A stretch of DNA of 64,000 nucleotides from an uncultured Gammaproteobacteria bacterium (GCA_964566225.1 CAZMHV010000002.1:231489-295488); one strand, 5' to 3'. Numbered from the stretch's first letter, positions 17,784 to 26,335 are shown. Program-made: numbers and translations. Notes: generated from the letters alone by a model not told the origin.

Positions 17784-19625
17784 ATGCGTAACAGCATCGT
17801 CACTTTGTTCGTTGCGGCGATCTTCGCGATCGCCACGTTCTTCAACCCGGCCGCGACCACGGCCATGACCCTGGAGGAGTTCGAGAAGCTCGATACGTCC
17901 ACCAAGGTCAAGGTGGGCGGAGAGTTCTGCGGGAGTGATCGCAATTGCACGGCCGAGGAGCTGGCGCCTGTCAAGCTCAGCTACGGCATGGGCGCACAGG
18001 TCAACGTCGACTTCAACGACCCGGCGCCGGCCAGCGCCCCTGCCACCACGCCCCCGACCGCGCCCGCGTCCCTCACGGACCACGGCGCGAGCGACCAGGA
18101 CGGTGACGACGTCGTCGACGAGGCCGACAACTGCCTCGAGGTGAAGAACTTTGGCCAGTTGGATCGGGACCATGACGGGTCGGGTGACCTGTGCGACAAC
18201 TGCCCCGACACCTCCAACGCCGACCAGCTCGATCGCGATCGTGATGGTTGGGGTGACCGGTGCGACAATTGTCCGGATCTCAACACCTCGGACAACGGTC
18301 TCGACTGCAACGCCAAGCACGTGGCCAAGCTGCCCAAGGCGCCGCCGGGGTCTGACCCCGATGGCGACGGAATCAGCGAAGGCGACGAGTGCTCGCAGGC
18401 GGCCGAGGACGAGGATGGTTTCCAGGATGACGACGGGTGCCCGGATCCGGACAACGACGGAGACGGCGTGCTCGACGTCAACGACCACTGCCCGATGACG
18501 ATCGGCGATGTCCCCAACAACGGGTGCCCGCCGGCCTCGCAGCAGCTGCTCGCCGCGGCACCGCCTCCGCCCGAGGACGTTCCTTCCGCCGTGGTGGAAG
18601 CTTCACCGCTTCCGCCTGCGCCGCCTACCGAGGCGCCGCGTGCTTCCATGGTTTCGGCCGAGGAAGGGCGAACCTTCTGGTTCGTTTCGGCGGACAATGA
18701 GCGGGTCCCTGAAGAAGACCGGCTTGCTGTCAAAGCCCGCGAAGCGGTGGGCATCTGCCCCCATGGCAACGTTGGGGTGATGGGCATCGCCAGCGGCGGC
18801 AAGGAAGACGACAAGCGGAACCCCAAGTTCGCTCTCAACCGGGAGAATGCCGGCGTCGAGGCCGTGAAAAATGCGGGAGGCAACGCCTTCCGTGTTGCCA
18901 TGACCTTGCAGGGTCTCGAGGGCAAGCGTGGGCGTGGCGTCTACCTGTTCTGTACGTCCTCTTCGGGCTTTGGCTCGGAGGGCGGCCAGTTCAACGCCGG
19001 TTCGGGTCGACCGGGGGATGGTGGCAACACCTCTCCGGTCGTCACCGACGACCACATCCGTGAGATTGCCAAGGCGGAGATTCCGAGTTGCTGGGACCTC
19101 AACCGGAACAAGATCAATGATCCGGATGAGGACACCAACAAGGATGGAAAGTTTGACGAGTTGGACTGCCGCCCCAAGCAGCAGGACACCTCGTCGGCGC
19201 CCTCGGGCTTCCACTTCGGTGTCGGCGCGTTCGGCATCCCGTCGTTCTACGATGGGGAGTCGGCCATCGGTGGCCTGTACTTGAGCCTGGGGTGGCGCAT
19301 CGCGGCGCTCAACGGGCCCATGGCACGCCTGTATGGCGGCGTGGGCGGCTCGGACTACAGCTACGGCGGTATGGCCGGGCTCACCGTGGCGTGGGACGTC
19401 ACCGACTGGCTCGATATCGGGCCGGGTCTCGGCGCCAACGCTTCGTGGTTGAACGACCTGTCGCTCACCCCGGAGTATCACTTCGGGCTGATCGGTCAGG
19501 TCGCTGTGCACTACGGACGCGCCCGCTTGGCCTTCGAGCCGGGCTTCGGCATCGAGGTCCAGAAGTACGAGGGCGACTCGTACTGGCGCTTCCGCGGCGC
19601 CGTGCTCGGAGGGGTCGAGTTCTAA
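17784..19625 (+). CDS. High-GC secreted protein: TSP3 repeats, degenerate OmpA-like domain, predicted C-terminal outer-membrane beta-barrel
   Basis: SD AGGAG; signal peptide; DxDxDGxxDxxDNC repeats incl. EDEDGFQDDDGCPDPDNDGDG; amphipathic Gly/aromatic strands ending GGVEF. Confidence 0.75.
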   Translation: MRNSIVTLFVAAIFAIATFFNPAATTAMTLEEFEKLDTSTKVKVGGEFCGSDRNCTAEELAPVKLSYGMGAQVNVDFNDPAPASAPATTPPTAPASLTDHGASDQDGDDVVDEADNCLEVKNFGQLDRDHDGSGDLCDNCPDTSNADQLDRDRDGWGDRCDNCPDLNTSDNGLDCNAKHVAKLPKAPPGSDPDGDGISEGDECSQAAEDEDGFQDDDGCPDPDNDGDGVLDVNDHCPMTIGDVPNNGCPPASQQLLAAAPPPPEDVPSAVVEASPLPPAPPTEAPRASMVSAEEGRTFWFVSADNERVPEEDRLAVKAREAVGICPHGNVGVMGIASGGKEDDKRNPKFALNRENAGVEAVKNAGGNAFRVAMTLQGLEGKRGRGVYLFCTSSSGFGSEGGQFNAGSGRPGDGGNTSPVVTDDHIREIAKAEIPSCWDLNRNKINDPDEDTNKDGKFDELDCRPKQQDTSSAPSGFHFGVGAFGIPSFYDGESAIGGLYLSLGWRIAALNGPMARLYGGVGGSDYSYGGMAGLTVAWDVTDWLDIGPGLGANASWLNDLSLTPEYHFGLIGQVAVHYGRARLAFEPGFGIEVQKYEGDSYWRFRGAVLGGVEF

Positions 19626-19827
19626 GCTTGGCAACAAGGCTGTGCCTACAGCCGGGGACTCTTGTGGTGGCGACCACAGGGGATAGGCATCGGCACTGAC
19701 CAGGATGGTCAGTGAAGGAGTGGAATCCATGATGGATTCCTGAGGGGGGAGTGAAGCTACGGCAACACTCCCCAATACCGATATTTCTATAAGTAGATGC
19801 TTGTAGGCATATGGGTGGATAAAAGGC

Positions 19828-19856
19828 TTGACAAAATGGCTAAAATATGGTATTAT
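19828..19856 (+). promoter_or_regulatory. sigma70 promoter of ORF 20397
   Basis: TTGACA-17 nt ending TGG-TATTAT. Confidence 0.8.
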
Positions 19857-20396
19857 TGCTCGTTAAATTTGAAAAAAGCTAGATTTTTGTGCCTAAAAAG
19901 AGGTATAGAAATGTGATTTTTTTTGGCTTGCACTTTACAAATTAAGCTATATAAAGCAAAAAAATACTTGAGTTGAGGTCAGGAAAAGAATTTTTAATGT
20001 TTGAAACTTCTTTTCCTGACCTGATCCGTTTCCTTCTGCCCGCCCTTTGAGGGGTGCGACAGAGAGGGCGGGTGGACTCAGGTATGGGTCAGGTTTTCCT
20101 CTCGGAGCGTGGTACTGCTACCCACGTTCAAAACAGATGAAGAAGAATTCTTCGTTCGGCTTCTCAGATTGCCAGGGTTTTCCACTATCGTACTGTACGT
20201 ATTGTGGAAACCCCTCTGGGCAGTAAACACCTTCCCTTTTTGGGCAAGACATATGTCTTGGAAATTCAGGTGGATCTGAAAGACTGGCGAAAGAGCTTTG
20301 GAGTTTGTTTGAGGAAATAGATTCGATTTTTTGCGAAGTGTTTCAACAGAATTCTCGCGGAGCAGCGCGAGGATGTCACCACCAACGGAGCACGAG

Positions 20397-22397
20397 ATGA
20401 ACCGCAAGGTCTTCTCCCTCTTCCTCTCCGCGGCCATTGCGATGGCCTGCGGGAACGTCAACCCCCCCGAGGACGGCGCCGACGGAAAGGACGGCGCCAA
20501 GGGTGAACCCGGAGCCCCCGGCTCCATCGGTCCGGCCGGTTCCAACGGCACCAACGGCGGGCCTGGCGCGCCTGGCGCGCCCGGTTCCACCGGTTCCACC
20601 GGCGCCACCGGCGCCGACGGTCAGCCCGGTTTGAACGGTACCAACGGTACCGATGGTGCGCCCGGCCAGGACGGCCGCGACGCCACCTGCGAGCCCGATG
20701 GGAACGACACGAGCTGCCCCCAGGGCCGCGAGTGCAGTCCGGAAGGTCTCTGTGTCATCCCCGACGCCAACAACGGCGGCGCGGGTGGCAGCGGCGGCCA
20801 GGGTGGCAGCGGTGGCGAGATCGTCGGCGGCAGTGGCGGCTTCGGGGGCAACCTCGAGCCCGACCAGGGCCTCACCGGCGGTCAGGGCGGTTTCGGCGGC
20901 GAGATCGTCGGCGGCAACGGCGGGAGCGGCGGCAACGTCACCCCCGATCCGGACGCCGGCCTCCCCCCGGAGTGCCGCGTGAACGGCGACTGCGCCCCCG
21001 GCCAGCAGTGCGTGGCCGGCACCTGCCAGGAGATCGGCAATCCCGACGCCTGCCAGAACAACGCCGACTGCGCGGACGACGAGGTGTGCACCAACGGTCG
21101 GTGCCTCAACGTCACGTGCACGCCCATCAGCGTGTGCGACGACGCCCAGGTGCGGGGGCACGAGTGCCTCCACGCCATCGACCCTACCTGCTGCACCGGC
21201 CCGCGTGACGACGCGCCCTGCCGTATCGCCTGCAACGCGGACCGCGATTGCGGCGCGGATGGTCAGTGCCGGCTCGTTCAGGTGAACAACCAGCAGTTCC
21301 GCTGGTGTTTGCCGCTCCACGCTCCGCACGACAGCCTTCCCGGCTGCGCCACGGTCCCTCCGCCCGCGGGGGAGCCCAGCTCGTGCACGATCTGCCGCGA
21401 CCAGGACCATGACGGTTTCTGCGTTGTCGGTGAGGTCTGCGACCGCTGGGACACCGACGGCGATGCCGTGGTGGACGAGATGTGCGTGGAGTGCTTGAAC
21501 AACGGGGACTGCGCGGTCGGTGAGGTGTGCAACAACGGCACCTGCCAGGCGCCCGCTCCCGTGGACGCGGACGGTGACGGTTTCGCCGAAGGCGTGGACT
21601 GCAACGATCATGACGCCCTGGTTCATCTCGGCGCGGCGGAGCGGTGCAACAACACCGACGACGACTGCGACGGCACCGTGGACGAGGGTTTCACCATCGG
21701 GCAGGCCTGCTCGGTCGGCGTGGGCGCGTGCCTTCGTCAGGGCGTCTTCGCCTGCACCGGCGTCAACGCCAGCATGTGCAACGCGGCCATCATCCAGCCG
21801 TCCGTCGAAGTCTGCGACAACGTGGACAACGACTGCGACGGTCAGACCGACGAGGGCGGCGTGTGCGTGGTGGACGCGGACGGTGACGGTTTCGCCGAAG
21901 GCGAGGACTGCAACGATCACAATCCCGACGTTCACCCCGGCGCGCCGGAGCTCTGCGACCAGGACGACAACGACTGCGACGGCTTCGTCAACGAGGGACA
22001 GGTCTGTGTCCAGGGTCAGTTCGTGGCCAGCTGCCGCGTCCCCCTGGAGAACCCCTTCTTCCTCCCCAGCGACCGCTGCGAGATCCACGTCTTCTACGGC
22101 GTCTTCGATGCCAACGGCGCGCAGATCGGTCGCGACGGGTTCACCCGCGATTCCTCCAGCATCAACATCCCGGCGCAGGACCTGTGCGGGAGCTGGTGGA
22201 GTAGCGGCGTGGAGCTGCAGGTTCGCGTCTTCGGGCGCGCCGACCTCCACGAGGGTGTCTGGGTGGGCGGACAGTACGCCTCGCTCCGCGACCCCGAAGG
22301 GAATCCGGTCTTCACCGAGGAGATCTCCCACCCGTGGACCGACCCCAACAACTACGCCACGGGTCCCACCTCGGGCATCGACTTCTGCGCGCAGTGA
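20397..22397 (+). CDS. High-GC Cys-rich lipoprotein with collagen-like and MopE-related (putative metal-binding) repeats
   Basis: SD GGAG; lipobox-like AMAC; G-X-Y run; CxxNxDCxxGxxC modules; DADGDGF..DCND....HPGAPELC..DDNDCDG repeats. Confidence 0.85.
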   Translation: MNRKVFSLFLSAAIAMACGNVNPPEDGADGKDGAKGEPGAPGSIGPAGSNGTNGGPGAPGAPGSTGSTGATGADGQPGLNGTNGTDGAPGQDGRDATCEPDGNDTSCPQGRECSPEGLCVIPDANNGGAGGSGGQGGSGGEIVGGSGGFGGNLEPDQGLTGGQGGFGGEIVGGNGGSGGNVTPDPDAGLPPECRVNGDCAPGQQCVAGTCQEIGNPDACQNNADCADDEVCTNGRCLNVTCTPISVCDDAQVRGHECLHAIDPTCCTGPRDDAPCRIACNADRDCGADGQCRLVQVNNQQFRWCLPLHAPHDSLPGCATVPPPAGEPSSCTICRDQDHDGFCVVGEVCDRWDTDGDAVVDEMCVECLNNGDCAVGEVCNNGTCQAPAPVDADGDGFAEGVDCNDHDALVHLGAAERCNNTDDDCDGTVDEGFTIGQACSVGVGACLRQGVFACTGVNASMCNAAIIQPSVEVCDNVDNDCDGQTDEGGVCVVDADGDGFAEGEDCNDHNPDVHPGAPELCDQDDNDCDGFVNEGQVCVQGQFVASCRVPLENPFFLPSDRCEIHVFYGVFDANGAQIGRDGFTRDSSSINIPAQDLCGSWWSSGVELQVRVFGRADLHEGVWVGGQYASLRDPEGNPVFTEEISHPWTDPNNYATGPTSGIDFCAQ

Positions 22398-22628
22398 GCC
22401 GCACCCTCCCCGAATCGTTCGGGGTGAGCTTTCTTCTTCACATCTGGTGAAGGAAGCAAAAAGAGCAATCAAATCCAGATCCCCATGTAGTCAGGGGCAA
22501 GATGACTAGTACGGCTCGGCGCGATTCGCGTCCTGCTGGCAACGACGCTCGGGCTCGCCGGTGATTCAGTTCATCAGCGAGACCCGGGCACGTGCATGTG
22601 ATAAGAAGTACTTCTTGTTAGATGAACC

Positions 22629-22662
22629 CAAAAAAGCACTGTATCAAAGCAGTGTTTTTTTG
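22629..22662 (+). terminator. Intrinsic terminator closing the trailer of ORF 20397
   Basis: CAAAAAAGCACTG-8 nt-CAGTGTTTTTTTG. Confidence 0.8.
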
Positions 22663-22700
22663 TATTCAAAAATTTTGTGAGTTATAAACATGTGCTTGCA

Positions 22701-22729
22701 TTGACAAGCATTTGTTTTTCTGATAGTGT
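22701..22729 (+). promoter_or_regulatory. sigma70 promoter of ORF 22837
   Basis: TTGACA-17 nt ending TGA-TAGTGT. Confidence 0.7.
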
Positions 22730-22836
22730 TGAACGTTCACCTGCAAAAGGGTGATCGAGTTTTTTGTATTACAACGCCCGACACATGGTCGTGGCCCCAA
22801 AAGTCTCCAGGGAGGCCTGGAGCAGTATGGTATTTC

Positions 22837-23532
22837 ATGAACCGTTTTTCTCTCATGCTGTCCTGCTTCGTGGCGTTCCTCTTCACCGGCTGCCTCGGCG
22901 AGTCCACCCTGCGCGGGGCCACCTGGCCCGATGATGCGGAGGTGGTCGATGCGTCCACGATGGACGCTTCCACCTTCGAGGTGGGGGTGCTGGACGCGGC
23001 CATCGTGTTGGACGTGCCCGACGGTTCGATCAACTGCGACCTGGGTGGCGAATGCCCCCAGGGGCAGGTGTGCCGTGAGTCGGTCTGCGTGCCCGAACCG
23101 GATGCCGCCGTGCTGGGGCATGACTGCCTGCGCAGTGACCAGTGCACCGCAGCCGAGCACTGCTTCTACGGCAATTGCATTCCGGGAGTGCTCCGGGTCA
23201 AGCCCGGGCACTTCATCATCGGGGTGGTGTCCGAAGAGGTGGACGCCTACGGGCTCCCCCTGGGGACCGAGGTGAACTATGGCGAGGAGCTGCACTTCAT
23301 GCAGAGCCACGCCATCAAGTTCCGGGTCATGAAGCCCGACGGCACCTACCTGGTGGCCTCGGCCTATCCCGATGACCAGGGCCGCAACTGCGGACAGGAG
23401 GGGGCAATCAATATGTTGCCCATCGATCGATTCGTATTCTTGGGACATCGAGTGCCCGAGAATTTCAACATCAACTTGGAGTGTCTGGGGCTTGGTCCTC
23501 CGAGCGCCATGTACTGGACGCTGCATCAGTAG
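22837..23532 (+). CDS. High-GC Cys-containing lipoprotein
   Basis: MNRFSLMLSCFVAFLFTGC lipobox, DA-rich linker, two C-x5-C-x5-C-x4-C modules; G/C-ending codons. Confidence 0.8.
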   Translation: MNRFSLMLSCFVAFLFTGCLGESTLRGATWPDDAEVVDASTMDASTFEVGVLDAAIVLDVPDGSINCDLGGECPQGQVCRESVCVPEPDAAVLGHDCLRSDQCTAAEHCFYGNCIPGVLRVKPGHFIIGVVSEEVDAYGLPLGTEVNYGEELHFMQSHAIKFRVMKPDGTYLVASAYPDDQGRNCGQEGAINMLPIDRFVFLGHRVPENFNINLECLGLGPPSAMYWTLHQ

Positions 23533-23704
23533 TAGCGTCAAACCCGAGGTGGCTTCCGGGTACAGAAGCCACACCAAGGAGTTTCTCCGAGTCGCACTGC
23601 GGCCCGGAGAACAGAGAAAAAAACAAAATATATTTTATTTTTTTCTCTGTCTGTAAAATGTGAAAAAATTTGCTTCTATGGCTTAATTTTTCCACATTTA
23701 CAAT

Positions 23705-23733
23705 TTGACAGGAATATTTTTTCGTGCTATTAT
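23705..23733 (+). promoter_or_regulatory. sigma70 promoter of ORF 24119
   Basis: TTGACA-17 nt ending TGC-TATTAT. Confidence 0.8.
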
Positions 23734-24118
23734 TGCACATCCCATTTTTTTTGGGACATGTTTCAATATTCAAGTTCGTTACAACTGGATTTCTCTGCAC
23801 CAAAAATATTTTTTTTCATACTAACATTGAAAAAGAAATATTTTTGGTGCAGGTGAAATCCTGTCACACTCAAGTGGGACTGTGTCCCGAATCGCTGCCA
23901 GTGGACTCGCGAGGAACCCTGGTGGCATACCTGCTCGAACCGGTCAACACGAGTAGTGTGTATCATTTTTTGAAGGCAATGGTGCCTTCTGTATTCACGC
24001 ACTCACATCCCACAGAAAGGGGGAGTGAAATGGTGCAAGAGTACAAAAGAAAAATGAGAAACATTGCTTGGTGGAGACTGGCAAGGGCTCAACGTCATGA
24101 CGTGGAGAAATCCTACCG

Positions 24119-26122
24119 ATGCGAAGCATCATTCTCACGAAGGCCCTGGGCATTGCGATGCTCATGGGCACCCTTCTTCCCGCGTGCGGGGAGAAGATCG
24201 ACGGCGCCGACAACGGCGGCAACAACCAGGGCGATCAGCGCGGCCGCGGCCTCTTGGCCGACTGCAACGAGGGCGACCCCAACGTCGGTCCGTGCATGGT
24301 CGGGCTGGAATGCCAGTTCGGCGTCTGCCTCGAGCCCGGCGCCGGCTGCGCGGTGAGCACGGACTGCGTCAACGCGCAGGACATGTGCAATCCGCAGAAC
24401 CATCAGTGCCAGCCCTCGGGCTGCGAGGACCAGAACGGCGCGCTGGGCTGGTGCGACCAGCTCACGAACGACCAGGACCTCAACCAGTGCGTGTCCCTCA
24501 ACGAGCAGCCCGCCGGTACCCTCGGCTGTTGCGACGAGAACGCGGACTGCGCGCTCGGCGTCTGCAACATGGACACCCACGAGTGCGCCGGCTGCCTGGG
24601 CGACGTGGACTGCGCCGCGGACATGCGGTGCGACATGGTCAACATGGTCTGCCGGCCCGAGCCGTGCGACCAGCAGCCCGACTGGTGTCTGCAGCCCGTG
24701 CGCGACGAGGTCACGCACGCCTGCAGCCAGGTGCAGATCCCCAACTGCTGCAACGCCGGCGACGACGCGGCCTGTCAGATGCCGTGCAACGACGACGCGG
24801 ACTGCGCCGAGGGCATGCACTGCCCGATCCGCCCCGACGGCCACTTCTACTGCGTGCCCAACGGCTCGGAGCAGATCCGCGGCTGCCAGGTCAACGCCGT
24901 CGAGGGCCAGCCCAACCAGTGCGCCTGGGGCGACGATCCCGACAATGACGGCTCGTGTCAGCCGAACGAGGTCTGCGGCGACGGCGCGGACAACAACTGC
25001 AACGCCTTGACCGACGAGAACTGCCCCCAGCAGTGCGCGCCGGCCATGGAGGTCTGCAACGGCATCGATGACGACTGCGACGGCAACGTCGACAACGTCT
25101 TCGGCTTGAACGATCCCATCACCATGGGCTGCGGCACGGACGAGGGCGAGTGCGTCATGGGCGTCAGCACCTGCATGAACGCCCAGTGGGGCGCCTGCAA
25201 CGGTGAGGTCACTCCGGTGGCCGAGGCCTGTGACGGCATGGACAACGACTGCGACGGCATGACCGACGAGGACGCCATGAACGCCAACCCCCTCACCATG
25301 GCCTGCTACAGCGGGCCCGAGGGCACCGAGGGCGTCGGCCTCTGCCAGGGCGGTTGGAGCTCCTGCATGATGGCCCAGTGGGGGCCGTGCATGGGCGAGG
25401 TCGTCCCCGCGGACGACACCTGCGACGGCGCGGACAACAACTGCAACGGCGCGACGGACGAGGGCTTCGGCCTGGGTCAGGTCTGTTCGCTCGGTCTCGG
25501 CGACTGCATGGCCATGGGCGTCACGGTCTGTGACGGCCCGAACGCCACCATGTGCAACGCCGTCCCGGGTCAGCCGGGCGTCGAGGTCTGCGACGCGGGC
25601 CACCTCCACGACGAGGACTGCGACGGGCAGACCGACCCCCTGGCGCTCTGCGACTCGGACAACGACACGGTCCGCATGCCCGAGGACAACTGCCCCAACT
25701 GGCCGAACCCCGGCCAGGAGAACGGCAACGACTCGCGGGCCGACCGTGGTGACGCCTGCTTCGCGGACATCGTGATCGACGCCAACACCGACCCGGACAA
25801 CGTGCGCGTGCACCTGTTCTACTCCGGCGCGCCGGCGAACATCGGCGACACGGACGGTGGTCCCATCGGCCGCGGGCACTACTCGCTCACCGAAGAGGAG
25901 GCTTGCACCTTCGACCACGTCGAGTTCAGCCTCGAGCGCGGTGAGAGCGGCGAGTACCTGGGCTGCAATCAGAATCAGCCCGCCTTCGCCGCGGACACGT
26001 GGATCAACGGGGTCTTGACCCCGTTCGCCATGATCGTCCACCCGTGGGTGTGCGGTGGCCAGGGCCTCGGCAACGGCTACTTCACGGACGACCAGCTCGG
26101 CTGCTTCCCGCAGCCCAACTGA
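24119..26122 (+). CDS. High-GC Cys-rich lipoprotein with MopE-related repeats
   Basis: SD GGAG; lipobox-like LLPAC; EVCNGIDDDCDG-type repeats, CYSGPEGTEGVGLCQGG, terminal TSP3-like DSDNDT..EDNCP. Confidence 0.85.
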   Translation: MRSIILTKALGIAMLMGTLLPACGEKIDGADNGGNNQGDQRGRGLLADCNEGDPNVGPCMVGLECQFGVCLEPGAGCAVSTDCVNAQDMCNPQNHQCQPSGCEDQNGALGWCDQLTNDQDLNQCVSLNEQPAGTLGCCDENADCALGVCNMDTHECAGCLGDVDCAADMRCDMVNMVCRPEPCDQQPDWCLQPVRDEVTHACSQVQIPNCCNAGDDAACQMPCNDDADCAEGMHCPIRPDGHFYCVPNGSEQIRGCQVNAVEGQPNQCAWGDDPDNDGSCQPNEVCGDGADNNCNALTDENCPQQCAPAMEVCNGIDDDCDGNVDNVFGLNDPITMGCGTDEGECVMGVSTCMNAQWGACNGEVTPVAEACDGMDNDCDGMTDEDAMNANPLTMACYSGPEGTEGVGLCQGGWSSCMMAQWGPCMGEVVPADDTCDGADNNCNGATDEGFGLGQVCSLGLGDCMAMGVTVCDGPNATMCNAVPGQPGVEVCDAGHLHDEDCDGQTDPLALCDSDNDTVRMPEDNCPNWPNPGQENGNDSRADRGDACFADIVIDANTDPDNVRVHLFYSGAPANIGDTDGGPIGRGHYSLTEEEACTFDHVEFSLERGESGEYLGCNQNQPAFAADTWINGVLTPFAMIVHPWVCGGQGLGNGYFTDDQLGCFPQPN

Positions 26123-26279
26123 GGATTCACCACCCTCAACCAGTGAGAAGTTCCTGGATCTGAACTTCTGGTGAATGTCACGACCAGCGACTGTGACAAA
26201 GGAGGAACCCCGGGGGAGTGCAACAGCACACCCCCGGTCAGTTCGTTTGATTCTCTTTCTCAAAAGGGAACAAAACGAT

Positions 26280-26318
26280 AACAAAAAAGCCTTTGATTTT
26301 TTCAGAGGCTTTTTTGTT
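26280..26318. terminator. Bidirectional terminator at right border of high-GC region
   Basis: AACAAAAAAGCCTTTGA...TCAGAGGCTTTTTTGTT. Confidence 0.85.
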
Positions 26319-26335
26319 TCAAATTATTTCAACTT

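Noticed and set aside
19857-19868. boxA-like TGCTCGTTAAAT
   Set aside because: It abuts the -10 element and overlaps the predicted TSS, so it would not be fully transcribed.
21561-21919. DGR template/variable repeat pair
   Set aside because: No reverse transcriptase in the window, both copies are in-frame modules of one gene, and there is only one mismatch.
20376-22472. 698-aa minus-strand ORF (also 24113-26284, 17652-18488, 18603-19775, 16679-17974)
   Set aside because: Antisense shadows of high-GC3 genes. The plus frames carry the signal peptides, SD motifs, promoters and domain repeats.
16427-26318. Integron cassette array or prophage explanation for the high-GC region
   Set aside because: No integrase or phage genes, no shared attC-like ends, trailers differ in sequence, and most genes have their own promoter.
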